Numbered from the stretch's first letter, positions 26,442-40,324 are shown. The stretch is 64,000 bases of DNA from Octopus sinensis (GCF_006345805.1 NW_021834364.1:1-64000); one strand, 5' to 3'. Numbers and translations: made by a program. The notes: generated by a model not told the origin, from the letters alone.

Positions 26442-27009
26442 TGCGAGGGGTGTATGAAAAGTTTTGAGCCTTCAAGGACTTTGAACCTTGGGATCTTTTC
26501 GGTTTGAACGGCAGTTTTTTTCTAGCGGTGTCATATGAAATTGTCACCCATAATTATGACCCTAGAATCGATCTATTACATTTCAATCTCTTTTAGTGTT
26601 AGGGTTAGTTAGGGTTAGAGGTGGGGGAAGGGTATCTTTTTTTTCTTCAGAAATGTAAATAAACCCAATCTGTTTCTTAAACGAGGGACATATTCATACG
26701 GCACAAAATGCCTTTTACCTCAATGGACGTCATCGATTGGTTGAAATTGCAGAAATTGAAGAAAAAAAAAAACAAGAAATATCTTACAAACTATAGAATT
26801 TTCTCAATAAAGCCAAGAGAAAAAGATGTTCTATAAACACATTCTACCAGTATACGAAGTTTAAAATTTTTTAGTTACCTAGAAATTATGTTAAAAACTA
26901 CCGTTCAAACCGAAAAGATCCGAACCTTGAAGTCTTGTACCTTCATCAGAAGTCTTGTACCATGTTTTTTTTTTTTTTGAGGCTCAAGACTTTTCATACA
27001 CCCCTCGCA
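26442..27009. mobile_element. Tiny mariner-like MITE (~129 bp when empty) carrying a nested insertion
   Basis: TIRs tgcgaggggtgtatgaaaagttttgagcct / aggctcaagacttttcatacacccctcgca (1 mismatch). Confidence 0.8.
26491..26921. mobile_element. 431-bp MITE family G, 28-bp TIRs, 8-bp TSD
   Basis: TIRs ggatcttttcggtttgaacggcagtttt / aaaactaccgttcaaaccgaaaagatcc; TSD gaaccttg at 26483-26490 and 26922-26929. Confidence 0.95.
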
Positions 27010-27436
27010 CATACATACACGCATACAGAAATATGTACACTCATTTGTACAAACATTGACTACATATACACACAATACACAAGCGTACAATATGTTTACA
27101 CATACACATACAAATATTCCCATACTACTGCATAACATACTCAAAAGTTTACGTCAGTGTAGTCTGATATAAAAATGAATTTCCGAAGACTTTAAAACAT
27201 ACAGAAATTAGCAAATAAATATATAGAAAGATAAATAAATAAGAACTGGAGGCGTAAGAGGAGAGCATGTTGTCATATGTTTTGCAAGAGAAATTGTATT
27301 TTTCTATGTCAAGTTGCCAACCTATGTAGGTCAGTATCAAACCACCTCAGTGTATGCTATTTTACAAACAGCCTACACCTTTCTGCCATAATAGTATAGT
27401 AGTAGTAGTAACAATAACAATAACAACAACAACAAC

Positions 27437-27690
<254 letters not shown>

Positions 27691-28124
27691 ATAATAATAA
27701 TAATAATAATAATAATATAATAATAATAATAATAATAATAATACCTAGCTCGGATACCAGGAAATCCAAAAAGGCGAGAAATTAAAAAAATAGTACTCCT
27801 ACGTAAAATGTTGTATATGTAAATTCAAAAATATTTTAATCCGTAAACAGTGTCAAAATACTTTTAGGTGCTTGCTTTTAGATTGCAGCAAACACCTTTC
27901 ACTGTAATCTTAACATCAAACTATCATTTCATAACCAAATTTCTTTTAATTACAAACTTCTGATTAACTTATATTTTGACAGACATTCTCTAGAACAATA
28001 CTCCGTGCAAAACCAAATATATGACACTCTAGTCATAACACCAAGTTGAACTTCTAACTTGTCTCTTGAGGTCTCTTGGTGAAACTTGGAGTCAACTTGT
28101 ACAAACACAAAGTACCAGCCAAAC

Positions 28125-28157
<33 letters not shown>

Positions 28158-28158
<1 letters not shown>

Positions 28159-28372
28159 TCTTTCTACTATAGGCACAAGGTCTGAAGTTTGTGGGGAGGG
28201 GACTAGTTGATTACATCGACCCCCAGTATTTCACTTGCACTTCGTTTATCGACCTCGAAAGAGTGACAGGCAATGTCGACCTCGGCGGAACTTGATCTCA
28301 GAACGATTTTAAGACGGACGAAATGCCGCCAAGCATTTCGCCAGGCGTGCTAACAATTATGCCAGCTCACCC
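28158..28372 (-). mobile_element. SINE family A (tail type 2), full length
   Basis: Tail ttctttctactataggcacaagg through head atgccagctcacc; (AAT)n on both sides. Confidence 0.85.
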
Positions 28373-28376
28373 CCTA

Positions 28377-28436
<60 letters not shown>

Positions 28437-28457
28437 TAAAAATAATAATAATAATAA

Positions 28458-28592
28458 CTCTTTCTTCTGTTGGCCTGCCCGCTTAGCCAGCGAGGTGGCG
28501 TCATTTGAGGGCTAAAACAATGCGAAGCACATTGTGACCAGCGATGTGTAGCAACATCTGATAGCCTGGTCGGTGACGGTGACGGTGACATA
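28458..28592 (-). mobile_element. Repeat family D, 3' fragment
   Basis: Matches 10734-10862. Confidence 0.8.
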
Positions 28593-31301
28593 GATCTACA
28601 CATGTTTCAACAGCACCGATTAGTAACCGTTGCAATTGCAACTCTATTATAATAGAGAGAGGGTGGAGAGAGAGAGAGACAGAGGGTGACAGCTAAATAG
28701 CTAGATAGGTAGCTAGCTAGCTAGATAGATCGTTGTTATTGAGGAGATACGTGTAACACTCATTGCGGACGTCTATGTTTAATTTATCGTAAAATGAACA
28801 GTGGCATACAAACAGCAACCATGACACACACATTGTAATGAAAAACTATGTAAAACTGTATATCAAGTAGAGAGCTCTAAAGTAATATTGCCAAGAAGAT
28901 TGATCTAACAGCTGTGGTGAGAGGGGTTGATAGGTAATTGTTGTTGAATGACTACAGTTAAAATGGTTGGGTAGTTTAGGATGGCTAAAGAGTAAAACGG
29001 ATATAACTAAAAACTTATTTTGATATATACTAGAAATGGTGTATAAGAAGTAAGTAGTTATGTTTATGATGTTTGTAAGTAGTTAAGGAGGGTACGCAGT
29101 TGTTTATGATTATATTAACAAGAATCGAGACGTATACAAAACTGTTCACTCTTTTTTTATATCTACGAACATGTTTTATAGACGCAATGCCTGCATTTGT
29201 CCGTAACACTCAGTGTTGGCTAACAAATTTATCGAATATTATAGCAACGAAATGAACCTCATGGGGGAAGACTTGCGTGTTCCAGTCACTCTGAGTGCAA
29301 TACCGTCGGGAATCTAATATTCCAGTTAGAGCAACGTATGGTGGTAACGTCGAAGAAGAGAACTCAGACTGACCATGACTAATATTGTTCAAGACGAAGG
29401 AAGCACGTCTGGACAACAATGGCTGACTTGAATGACGTTTGTACTGGTGGAAGAAGATGACACCGGATGTTCTGTCTTAGAAGACCCCACTGAAGACTAC
29501 AACTAAGTCAGCTGTAGAGTCCGTTGCAATCTCATCACCTAATACTACTTGTCTCATTTTACATGTTTCCTAGAAGAAAGACCTGAAACGATTGCGAATA
29601 AATCACTTCCTGCAAGTTGAGAGTCACTGTAAACAAATACAAACCTACACTATTGACATTTCTTGTGGCTGGTATTTGCTTTGATAGAAAGAACATCAAA
29701 TTCTTGTACACGAGAAACAGCCGACGAAGACGAGATCTTCAATAATATTTGTGAATGTTTAGATTTAAGATAAACTCAATGAAAAAATAAAACAAAACTA
29801 CATGGATTTATTGATAAGATTAGAAAATTAGAATGTTTACAAGAAATGTAATATGTAATGTTGGAAATATACTTTTGTCACTGTGGATAACGTCAGAAGA
29901 TTTTACTTAGATATAATAATTTTAATTTTACATGTTTCAAAATTTCGTGGTATTTACAAAAGATAACATGATTACTAGTTTTCATTATAAATTTATAATA
30001 AATATATGTTATAAATAATCATAATAGTATTTAACTATTAGATAATTACAATTGTAACATTATTACCTCCAGTGACGAAAGTTTGTTACCAACATTTCTT
30101 GTCATAGGACTGGGAACACTTTAGTTTCTGTAGACCCAAAGAAGATAAGTCCGATGAAAGCAGAGTTATCTCATTTTGTGTGACGTAACGTGACACCAAC
30201 GTCTTTCATTATTTGTATTGATAGTGATTAAGTCACAAATATTGAATGATTAATCTTAAACGCAAATGGTCGAACTTTTAAGCTAGGACCGAAACTCAGA
30301 GAGGTTAAGTTGAAATTTATGCAGTACAATTGATCAAATTAGAAGACATATCATAAAAGGATGAAAAGGGAATTCATGACTGAATAATTATTATTAGGGC
30401 TGAGTGAATTGATTAGAATTCATAGTGGCAAGCAATTCAGTACAACTATATTATGAATACGAAGGCTTGTCATATATGCAATACAAGGAGTTGGAAAACA
30501 TAGATTCCTTAAAATCAGTCCAGATATTAGTAAAAAATAGTTTCAACAAAAGGTTCTCAAAATCTTAAAAAGTACAGCAATCGAGGGACATTTTACTTTC
30601 TTTATTAAGCTTGCGTTTGGAGTATCATTTGTATATATGCAGTTTAATTTTAGACAAATGCTTATAAATATGTGTATGCGAGCTTGTGTATGCGTACACA
30701 CACACATCTTCCGTATTATATTAATTATTTCTGTCTCTAATCTACCACCTCATTTGTATATTGTTTTCCTCACCATTAGTTCTTGTTTCTTTGTCCTTTA
30801 CCTCAGTGATCATTGATAGTCCCATTATCACTAGTGGAACCCGATTAGAAGCGCCATGGAATTCAAAGTTTTCGGAATTCCAATATGCACCGAAACTATG
30901 CTTGACTGTGGTCTCCATGGCTGATGAAAGGATTTCCATGCTTCTCTTTTGTCCTTTTCCGATAATTGTTCTCACGATCTATTTCAATTTATCATTACTA
31001 GATTCGTAGCATACACAGCACCCACCGCGTGTACATATACATATACAAGGGCGCACAAATACACACACATATACAAACACATATATACATACACATATAC
31101 ACGCACACACACATGTGCAAGGTACTTCTCAGAATTCGAATAAAGAACTAAAGCTAGTCCAGCTTTCACTCCTTTTAGGTTTATATACAGTGTAAAAAAA
31201 CAGGATGCTTATATCTGTCTATTAGTTATAGTGTTGGCTAAAATCGATTTGTCTTACTCTGTGGTATAGAACAGTAATAATAAATTTTGTTAATGCATGA
31301 G

Positions 31302-31350
<49 letters not shown>

Positions 31351-31380
31351 TATACATACATACATACATACATATATATA

Positions 31381-31421
<41 letters not shown>

Positions 31422-32063
31422 AATTAATTTTGTATGTAACATAATTGATTAAGATCAATTTCTACCCTTATTATTTAATTTATTATATATATATATATAT
31501 ATAATATTATATATATATATATATATTCCATATGTAATACACCTGATGCCAGAAGTAACATAAAAAGGAATGAAGAAATGAAAGACTATTTTGCTGGCTA
31601 TCACACTAGTAACTATTCTTTTTTTTCTTTGTTAAATGGAGCATGTGTACTATTATACAAAGTACTATACAAGCGCGTATTTAATGGGAAACAGTTAAGC
31701 AACTATAATTAAAACTATAAATATCTATATTGGCTCTCGAAGTTATACGACAATAAAGTATTAGTATCTTTTCTGCTAATAAAATATTAATAAAATAAAA
31801 TAGATACGTTACTACTATCTACTTACTACAGTACCTAAGTGTAAAATATAAATATTTATTACAAGTTTAAAGTAGTCCCCAGCTCCTCTCACACCTCCTC
31901 CTTCCAACTCTCTCTTTCACTCTCTCTTCTCTCTCTCACTATCTTGCCGTACTCACGCATATTCACACACATTAAGTGTGTACATATATAGATACATATA
32001 CTCAACACGCACATGCATACATACTCACAATACACGCGTACACACACATATACATACATACAC

Positions 32064-32155
<92 letters not shown>

Positions 32156-32679
32156 ATGTTCATGTATATTTGTATTTATGTATGTAGGAAGAAAGAGGTA
32201 CCGGTATATATACATGTGTATATATAGTGTGTGTGTGTGTGTGTGCGCGCGTGTGTATGAAATATGTGAATATCAACTGAAATGAAGGACTCACTGGAAG
32301 TGTAGAGTCACGTGTTTTTATATGGATTAACAGTAACCACATCATGCTGGAAGTCTGATAAGGCCAACTTCTGGCGAGAGTTCAAAGTCATCCTCAATGA
32401 AATGATTAAATATTACTCATATATACACACATAGACATATGTACCTATGTATAGAGAGAGATACCCACAAATACATACATGTTCCCAAATATAATATATA
32501 TGGGTATTTGTCTCCCCTTCGTAAATATATAAGGACACAGGAAATGTGTCAAGGCCGACAGGAAGCGTCGATGCTTCCTAGGGCTAAACAGCGGTGGTGT
32601 AACTCCCTTACAGGACTCACGTTAAGTTGACAGTATACAACCACTCTCTCTCTTTATATATATGCATATTGTGTGTTGT

Positions 32680-32726
<47 letters not shown>

Positions 32727-33809
32727 CATACATACATGCATACATACACACACACACACATACATGCACAATTTATAGCGAGAAGAAAGTTATAACATCA
32801 ACATAAGAATCCTGTGTCTACCGCAAAGTCATGGCTGTCTTAACCTCTGCGCTAAAGTGACCTCTGATATATTCCAAAAAGGAAAGACATAGAAGATGAT
32901 GTTAGTGTAAAAATAAGAAATATAGTAAATTTTAAAGGGCCAGATTACACATATCGAAATATAATGATACAGGATATGATTTGAAGGAGAGTCGACCGCT
33001 CTTTCTGGTACATCGTGCAATCGCGTAACGGTTCCCTCGATATTAAATACATAAATATATAAAACGGGATGGTGAAGATTTGAATACGTTAGATCATAAA
33101 TCTGCTGACTGGTGCCGAATTAGACGTAAACAACAGCAACAAACGACAGGTGGCACACACAGCTTATAAAAAGAACAACACAGAAAGATAAAGCAGCAAC
33201 AATAATCGTGGGAGAAAGAAAAATATATGAAATTAAAATAAATACCAGATGGAAATAATTAATGGGTACTTTAGATTCAATCTCGATTGAGATTATTCAA
33301 TTATCTAGGTTTTGGATTCTATGCTAATGTTAATATTTTTGGGTGACATTTTTCTTACTTTATATATTATATGTTGTCGTTGACCAGTGGCCTGGATATG
33401 ACAATGGACATGATGTCCAGTATCACAACTGACAAATCCGGAATTGGCAGGGTATATTGGTAATATATTCTGGGACAATACTTGCTTCACGGTTAACTGA
33501 AACGACGACAACAACAACAACAGCAGCAGCAATAAGAATTAGAGATGGGGAATGTGAATGTACCTCGTGGGGTAAAAGTTACTTTCGAGAAATTAATTAA
33601 ATTTGAGGATAGGGCAATTAAGTTCAATTCTACATTTAAGACACAACAATAAATTAAATAAATTAAAAGTAGCAGAGACATGTCATATATTTTTTAGATA
33701 TATCTTTGTATTATTTTAGGCTCAAAGCTTACGGAGTTTTGACTAGGACTCTCTTGATTGTAAATAAACAAACAACCAGCATGGTTCTAGTAACAATAAA
33801 AATTGTGCT

Positions 33810-34690
33810 TTTCAACTAAAAGGAAAAAAAACATATGGTCAGTTTGCAAAAGATGTGAACGTGAAGACAGATACAGAGGACCGGTGGTTATGGATGAGGA
33901 GGAAAGACATAAAGATAGAAGCATAAGTATTCATATGCGCAGCTCAAGAACAAGCGTTAAGGACCAACTATGTGAAGTGCAGAATAGACAACACTACCGA
34001 CAGCAGCAAATGCAGAATGTGTGGGGAGAGGGGTGAAACGGTATGGAACATCGTTAGCGAATGCCCGAAAGTGGCACAATGCGAATATAAAAGACGCCGT
34101 GATAATGTGACAAGAATGATCCATTGGGAGCTCTGTGGAAAGCACGGCCTACAAAGAGCTAAGACGTGATATGAGAAAACTGCAGGAGTCACTGAAAATG
34201 AGAATTACAAAATCCTGTGGGATGCAATGATCCAGTGCGATCACCTGACCAGACATCGGAAACTGGACATTGTTGTGGTGAAAAAAAAAGAAAGAACATG
34301 TACGATAATCGACATAGCATGCTCCGGTGACAACATGATCAATGTGAAAGAAGAAAAAAATAAACAACTATGACGATTTGAAGTGGGAAATACGAAGGTT
34401 GTGGTCAATGAGGAGAGTAGACGTGATACCAATAGTAATTGGTGCACTTGGAAGTATCAGCACTTAACTACCAACTTGGCTAAAAAGATTGGTGCAAGTG
34501 TGAAGGTAGAACACCTACAAAAATAATTATTGCTTGGAACTGCAAGAATTCTTCGCAGAGTTCTTGAAGCATGACCAGTAAACAAGTGTCCCCGTAGTCT
34601 GCTGGCTGTGGACAACTGATACTTTCCATTATACCCAGCAAAATAAGCTGTGAGTTTTCACATAATAATAAAAATAAATAAATAAATCAT
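33810..34690 (+). mobile_element. Decayed R4/Dong-like non-LTR retrotransposon 3' end (CCHC knuckle plus restriction-like endonuclease)
   Basis: CAAQEQALRTNYVKCRIDNTTDSSKCRMCGERGETVWNIVSECP..., then KILWDAMIQCDHLTRHRKLDIVVV..IIDIAC, ...VIPIVIGALGS...LLGTARILRRVLEA*; contains stops and frameshifts; ends in a taa/taaa tail. Confidence 0.9.
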
Positions 34691-34891
34691 TTAGCGTAAA
34701 CCAATGAACATTTATAACATTTTATATATTCTTACCAGATTTTTTGGATGACACAGTAAGGAAGTGCTTTCCTCTTTCCCAATAATATATTTGGGCAATA
34801 CATCGAATGGAAGTTTTACGATCCTTTAAAAAACGTGCAAAGACTAATAACTTTACTTAAACATTTATTACTTGTGGTCAAATTTTTCGGT

Positions 34892-34968
34892 GCACAAATT
34901 GCGACCTAGTCACTGACGTTGTTCCAGATGCAGTGGAGTCGCGTCAGTGACCGGGTCGCAGTTAGTGC
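34892..34968. repeat. Imperfect GC-rich hairpin (old MITE-like)
   Basis: gcacaaattgcgacctagtcactgacg...tcca / tgga...cgtcagtgaccgggtcgcagttagtgc. Confidence 0.75.
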
Positions 34969-35322
34969 GATTAAAATGTTGACACCAAATAATAGATACT
35001 TTTCAATGGCTAATACGTGTCACCCACGCTGTACTTGTTTATACGTTTCTACACACAATTTCAGTTTAAATCACTTATCGGGAAAATACACCACCGAAAA
35101 ATTTTCAATTGATGGCACTTAAGAAAACAAAAAAAGCTTTATAAACTGTTACAATTTTTGCCCCTGTAAAAAATATAATGGTGAATAAAATTACTAGATA
35201 TAATTAAAAATGAGGGGAGGAATAAAAAAATTGATGATTGCAAGGGATGGGGGGGGGGGGGAAGTGGCCGGAGACATTTTGAACTTCTGATCTACATGAA
35301 TGTTAATAGTGACTGCACTCGT

Positions 35323-35609
35323 ACGTTTCCTGTTTGTCTATTCATAGAATGACAGACACTGTACATATGTCCTATTTGTCTATCCATAGGATAAAGACAG
35401 AGGTTGTATACATGCACAACTTGTTCACTCACAAGATGATGAGAACAGCACCGTCTCAACATTCTCTAACAAGATGAAGGGCGCTGTTGTCATCACTCTG
35501 TGAGAGGACAAGTTGTGCATGTTTACAATCTCGGCCTTTATCCTATGGATGGACAAATAGGACATGTGTGCAGTGACTGTCATTTTATCAATTGACAAAC
35601 AGGAGACGT
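35323..35609. repeat. 287-bp fold-back element (MITE-like)
   Basis: ~130-bp imperfect inverted arms acgtttcctgtttgtc...aacagcacc / gggcgctgttg...gacaaacaggagacgt. Confidence 0.85.
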
Positions 35610-35713
35610 TGAAAAAATGGTGGGATGGAATAAAAGTAAGAAGCTAGGGAAAAAAGAACCGAAATGAAAAAAAAAAGAAAAGAGAATAATAAAATAAAAA
35701 TTATGAATAGTGT

Positions 35714-36010
35714 GGAGGCGCAATGGCTCAGTGTTTAGGGCAGCGGACTCGCGGTCGGAGGATCGCGGTTTCGATTCCCAGACTGGGCGTGTGTGTGTTT
35801 ATTGAGCGAAAATACCTAAAGATCCACGATGCTCCGACAGGAGGTGGTGGCGACCTCTGTTGTACTCTTTCGCCCCAACTTTCTCGCACTCTTTCTTCCT
35901 GTTTCTTGTCCCCGACTTTCTATGCAACTGCTGAGCCTGGATGCGCATTCATCGGGGGCGGGGGTGACCTGCTTTCTCTTCTGCGGGTCTTACGAATAAC
36001 AAAGGACCAC
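35714..36010 (+). mobile_element. SINE family C (tail C2)
   Basis: Same head and body as 13770 up to cttcctgtttct, then an unrelated tail. Confidence 0.85.
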
Positions 36011-36016
36011 GATGAA

Positions 36017-36191
36017 TCGTGAAAATACTAGCGTATTTAAGGAGTGAAGATGGCTTAATTGAAAGATGCGATCCGAAAGTCGTGATTGGTCAGTTTACAC
36101 ACTGGCGCGAAATAAGTAGAGAGACAGACCGCGCTAGATGCTAACCAATCAGATCAGTGGACACAACAGGGTTAAACTAGCCAAAGATGGC
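36017..36191. promoter_or_regulatory. Candidate cis-regulatory motif cluster
   Basis: TCGTGA x2, inverted and forward CCAAT boxes, tggcgcgaaa (E2F-type) and AAGATGGC x2 (YY1-type) within 175 bp. Confidence 0.25.
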
Positions 36192-36494
36192 TGTAATTTC
36201 AAACGAGATCATTCCTAAAGTTTTTCTCAAACAGTGAGGATAGCAATATTGCTACACATACATAGACTATTGAGAGGTGCCAGAAAACTTTCGGTCCCTT
36301 CCGACGATAACAAGTAAATTATGAAATATATAGAAGAGCATTGATAAATCCTAACCACGCTGTTGTTTAAATTGTTGATGTAATTGTTCTGTAATGATTG
36401 TTGTCCTTATAGGGGTCGTTGTTATAACGTTGCTGTAGAGGTTACAATTGTTGTTGCTTCTACTGTTACGACGAACAAAAAATAATAGTAATTA

Positions 36495-37025
36495 ACCCCA
36501 GAAGCGTTTGAACTCAGAACGTTAAGATGGAAGAAAAACTGCTATGCATTTTGTCCGAGGCGGTAACGATTCTGCCAGCTCGCCGCTTTTATCTTTACAA
36601 ATAATCCTTTCTGTTATAGGCATAAAGTCTGAAGCTGGGGTTGGGGGGATAGTCGATTACATCGACCCCTGTACACAAGAGGTACTTAATTTATCGGCCC
36701 CGAAAGGATGAAAGGCAAAGTCGACCTCGGCGGAATTTGAACTCAGAACATAGTGGCAGATGAAATACTCGGCGTGCTAACGATTCTGCCAGTTCACCAC
36801 CTTTATCTTTACAAATAATGGTTTCAAATTTTGGCACAAAGGGCAGCTATTTTAGGGGAGGTACTAAGTTGATTACAATGATCGCAGGGCTCAAATTGTA
36901 CTTATTTTATCGACCCCAACAGGTTGAAAGGCAAAGTGGACATCAGCGACATTTGAATTCAGAACAATAAGAGTCTGAATAAATGTCGATAAGCATTTTG
37001 TACCGCGAGGAAACAAATCTGTCAA
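36495..37025 (-). mobile_element. Three tandem family A SINE copies
   Basis: 36495-36585 (head), 36605-36799 (tail 2) and 36819-37025 (tail 3), separated by tttatctttacaaataat twice. Confidence 0.8.
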
Positions 37026-37945
37026 CTTAACCTGTACATATAAGGTTTAATCAAAATATAGAGTATATCCTATTATTTTGAGCTTTTTGGGAACTAAACT
37101 ATTTCACTACGATGCTTTTGAAGAAGATAGCAAACCTTCTGCATAGTTGTATAATAAATATAATACATAGTAGTATATGTATATAATAAGTTTAATAGAT
37201 ATATTAAATCTCATTCATAAATTTATGTTCTTCACTGATATTCTCCCCTGTCAACATTTTTCTGTTAAGCCATGACAGTGGCAGGAAGTATCTTCGGTGA
37301 AAGGAAGTCTGTTCCAGTTCCGACCAGTTCTAATTACTGTTTCGTTTGTAATTGTTGTTTGTGTCGTCGTTGTCATTGTTGTTGTTTTTGTTGTTGTTGT
37401 CGTTATTGTTCTTACTGAAATCATTTCAATAGAATAACCTGAGATAGTGAGAAGTAATTAATAACATACAGTAATCTTATTGTCTTGCCTCAATTCAACC
37501 CTGGTTTTAAAGAGAGAGAGAGAGATTGCGTTCACTAAACAGTTGCAGTTTATCATTTTATTGGTTTGCTCTGAAGGAAGGAAGACTAATCCAGGCCCTC
37601 AAACATCGTTGAGATAGTCGCAGTTAATGTTCTTCAATAGTTGCGATTTGACATCTGTTGGAAAAAACAGGCAATCGAGGGAGATTTACCTGCTATTTTG
37701 ATGTTCAACCGCAGCTCAACTGCAATTCAGCAGATCTCTTATCAAAGGTATTATAACCTTGACCATCACGCCTAGTATATCTCATTATACATTATCTAGA
37801 TTGTCCTTTGTTTAAAGAGTGTTGCAGAATGTAGGGTTTTTTCTTCTGTTCGTCATCCTTTGTCCAGCTATTCATCCTTTAAACTCTTAGAAGCGCTTTT
37901 CAAACTTTCACCATTATCATCTGCAGTGTAAGAATTATGAAGCTA

Positions 37946-37998
<53 letters not shown>

Positions 37999-38684
37999 GA
38001 ATCCAAGTTCAGCTGCAACTTCATCTACATATTCTTTCGCTCCAATAATAATAACAGATTGAAAGCTGAAATTGTGTCTTGGGCAATGGATTTCTAGATT
38101 AATAACCCACATATGTCATCTTTCGCATGCACTTTTCTTACCTCCTTCATATCAAACGGGCAGCGGAATTCCACGACAAAGCATGCTTATATTTTGTGGC
38201 CTCATACAGCAATATCAAGTTGGTTGGTTGGGTTTTAATTCGGTTGCACTTTTTATTTTTTGGTGCCACCAATATCATTTTGATTCATTGATTTAATTAA
38301 GGTCAATTTTATCTATTGTTATTCTGTATTTCTTTTCTTATTATATTCGAGATTACTCTGACTTCTATATCGTGCTCTATAGAAAGGTACCTTTACAGAA
38401 AGGTACCTTTGTAGAAAGGTAGAGAAGATGCATCCACTCATGGTAATCAGGGAGTCACGCGGTACTCATTCTGGTAATCAAAAACAACAGGTTTCGTTTT
38501 AATTAGATCGTGTCTAAATTGAAACACTTGCGTAGCGAAGAAGACAACTACAAGTGTGTTCTTGTCTTATTAGACCTCCTCAACAAAGTGTAGACTTCAT
38601 GGTACTTGGTGAAAGAGTGATGAGTAGTGAATAGTGAATAAATAGCATATTTAAATAAAATTAGTCGAGACAAGTTCATTCAGT

Positions 38685-39020
38685 GGAGGCGCAATGGCCC
38701 AGTGGTTAGGGCAGCGGGCCCGCAGTCGGAGGATCGCGGTTTCGATTCCCAGACCGGGCGTTGTGTGTATTTATTGAGTGAAAACAGCTAAAAGCTCCAC
38801 GAGGCTCCGTCAGGGGTTGATGGCGACCCCTGTTTTATTCTTCCGCCTCACCTTTCTTTCACTCTTTCTTCCTGTTTCTAGAGTAATCCTGCGGTAATCC
38901 TGCGATAGACTGGCGTCCCGTCAAGCTGGGGGGGGGGGAGAAACATACGCCATAGAAACCGTGAAACCGGACCCATGAGCCTGGCTAGGCTTGGAAAAGG
39001 TGCATAAATAAATAAAAAAG
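38685..39020 (+). mobile_element. SINE family C (tail C3)
   Basis: Same head and body; tail cctgcgatagactggcgtcccgtc...gaaaccgtgaaaccggacccatgagcctggctagg...aataaataaaaaa. Confidence 0.85.
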
Positions 39021-39421
39021 TTTATTCGAGACGCCCTCATCATGAAAAATGAAAGTTAATTTGGTGTGTGTATGTTTGTGCGTCGATGTCAAGTATGCAT
39101 GTAATATGATACAACTGTGCCTGTCTATAAACTTATTTACCTTTTACATATATGCATAAAAATATGCATACGCATATACATATTCGCAAGTATATACACA
39201 TAAATATATATTATATATACAAATAGATATATACATACATGTATGCAGCAGGTACAAACACGTATGTATATGCACATATGAAAAAAGACGTATTACAGAT
39301 ATATGTGCTTATATGTAAACATATGTCTAAATCAACCAAACCATCTATGCATTCATACATGCATGCACACACATATATGTACGTATGTATGTATTGTATG
39401 CTTGTACGTATGCATATATGC

Positions 39422-39469
<48 letters not shown>

Positions 39470-39495
39470 TTATATATATACATACATATATGTGC

Positions 39496-39576
<81 letters not shown>

Positions 39577-39846
39577 CATGGGAGCATGCTCACACACACA
39601 TTCACACACATACACACATACACAAGTATATATTACACATACGCCCATATGCACATACACACGTTATCTTTACTTGCATCACCATATCTCTCTCTTTCTC
39701 TCTCCCTATGTATATATACAAGGAATCTTGCTATAGGTCTTCTCTTTGTGTATATATCTATATGCACTTATATATATATATATATGAGTCCTTAATACTG
39801 TATGTGTGTGTATATATATGTATATATTGTATATATATATATATAT

Positions 39847-39887
<41 letters not shown>

Positions 39888-40076
39888 GTGTGTGTTATGT
39901 GTATATGTATGTATGTATATATATATATATATATATATGTATATTTATGTGTGTATAGATAGATAGAAAGATAGAGAAATTTACTGACATATTTATATGC
40001 ATATACATGTAATTTGTATGTATATATGTATATATACACACATCAAATATATATATTTATATTATGCATATATATG

Positions 40077-40120
<44 letters not shown>

Positions 40121-40324
40121 ATATATAATACATAATATACATAATATATATACATACATGAATCCTTAATATTTTATGTGTGTGTATGTACATATATACG
40201 TAACATTTATATGTATATGCATATAAATATGTCAGAAAATGTCTCTATCTATCTATACACACACATAAATATACATACATATATATATATATATACATAC
40301 ACATGCATATACACACATCACAAC

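Noticed and set aside
26600-26625. Interstitial telomere (TTAGGG units; also ~54435-54452)
   Set aside because: Only 2-3 units, internal to both copies of MITE family G.
29170-29760. Complex unique segment as a possible exon
   Set aside because: The ATG-initiated frames I tried close quickly with no recognisable motif; it could be UTR or an old repeat but is unsupported.
30742-31009. Overlapping 77/82-aa ORFs
   Set aside because: No recognisable domain or convincing splice-site pair.
32355-32392. Hammerhead-like ctgataaggcc...ggcgaga
   Set aside because: C3-A8 mismatch, GAGA instead of GAAA, and no stem I or III.
36495-37025. CRISPR-like repeat-spacer pattern
   Set aside because: Eukaryotic context; only two 18-bp repeats, and the intervening sequences are SINE copies.
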